Both the position numbers and the translations under genes were made by a program. 35,741 nucleotides of DNA from a virus (taxonomy: Duplodnaviria; Caudoviricetes): positions 1 through 35,741 of the IMG/VR virus record IMGVR_UViG_3300020044_003255, one strand, 5' to 3'. The notes beneath the pieces are model-generated. The model worked only from the letters and a program-made list of their open reading frames with translations. It had not been told where the DNA came from and did not search any database. Of this stretch, positions 35,318 to 35,741 are shown piece by piece (the first letter of the stretch is position 1; every line of letters starts with the position of its first letter).

Positions 35318-35389
35318 GGTCAGTTCTCCTGGTAGATTGCCTAAAAATTAGGCAGTGAAATACTACATAATGTTTTGCTGCTGAAAACC

Positions 35390-35417
35390 ATTATAGCGAC
35401 AACAAAATAAATGTCAA
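35390..35417 (-). promoter_or_regulatory. Consensus sigma70 early promoter
   Basis: - strand TTGACA(35417-35412)-16 nt-TATAAT(35395-35390). Confidence 0.8.
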
Positions 35418-35620
35418 GGATTGTTTTGCATTTATTTTGGTGTTTTTTGTAGCCGCGTTTGTCAGTTTGTTGGTAGCGAAAACGGAAGAAAACGCCAACG
35501 TGAAAACCCTGACTGCAAGCGGCTTTTTGCTATTTGTTGGCTATGTTGGCTGTTTTGTAGACTGAACCTATATAACTTCATTTTTGATATCATAATGCTA
35601 ATAAAGTGTGTGAATGGCAG

Positions 35621-35741
35621 CGCTGTCACGTTTGGCCAGCGATTTTAAACCATAGCCAACATAGCCAACATTGCCAACATAGCAGAATGACAACAAGCAA
35701 AGTTATCCACAGGTTTGGTAGCATTATGCTAACAGTTAGTG
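35621..35741. repeat. Right copy of 121-bp inverted repeat, with 9-bp tandem repeats and a DnaA box
   Basis: (A/T)GCCAACAT x3 at 35654-35680; TTATCCACA at 35703-35711. Confidence 0.95.

Noticed and set aside
33800-35330. CRISPR or mini-array, or integron attC cassettes
   Set aside because: Repeats are irregularly spaced hundreds of bp apart, coincide with RBS/start codons, and there is no cas operon or integrase
35421-35648. 75-aa ORF near the right end
   Set aside because: TTG start, no RBS, Cys/Phe-rich translation of a repeat-containing AT-rich region

Overview
Near-complete (~35.7 kb) genome of a tailed dsDNA phage with a P22-like short-tailed virion module and an APSE-like replication module; host probably a Gram-negative proteobacterium (inference). 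The + strand carries a truncated terminase large subunit, three tiny Lys-rich proteins, P22-type portal, ferritin-like protein, scaffold, P22-type coat, head accessory proteins, gp4/gp10-like tail hub, a long needle/fibre, a cupin-SET-domain fusion, three DNA-ejection proteins, a tail fibre plus small tip proteins with an HNH-AP2 gene inserted, and a holin/GH108 lysis cassette. A - strand block (small genes, HTH, SNF2 helicase, VRR-NUC) diverges at overlapping sigma70 promoters from a + strand block (DUF2800, SSB-like, Leu762-type PolA, PAPS-reductase-like, RepB primase-helicase, minimal C5-MTase). A - strand early region of tiny genes shares a repeated start-associated sequence. The ends form a perfect 121-bp inverted repeat that cuts the terminase gene, most likely a chimera or assembly artefact. 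Top candidates: the SET-domain protein in the virion module, a shared C-terminal adaptor on two fibres with a cassette of tip proteins, structured RNAs before scaffold and polA, and a possible DNA-modification pair. No integrase, tRNA or CRISPR array was seen. All family calls come from motif recognition by eye, not database searches.
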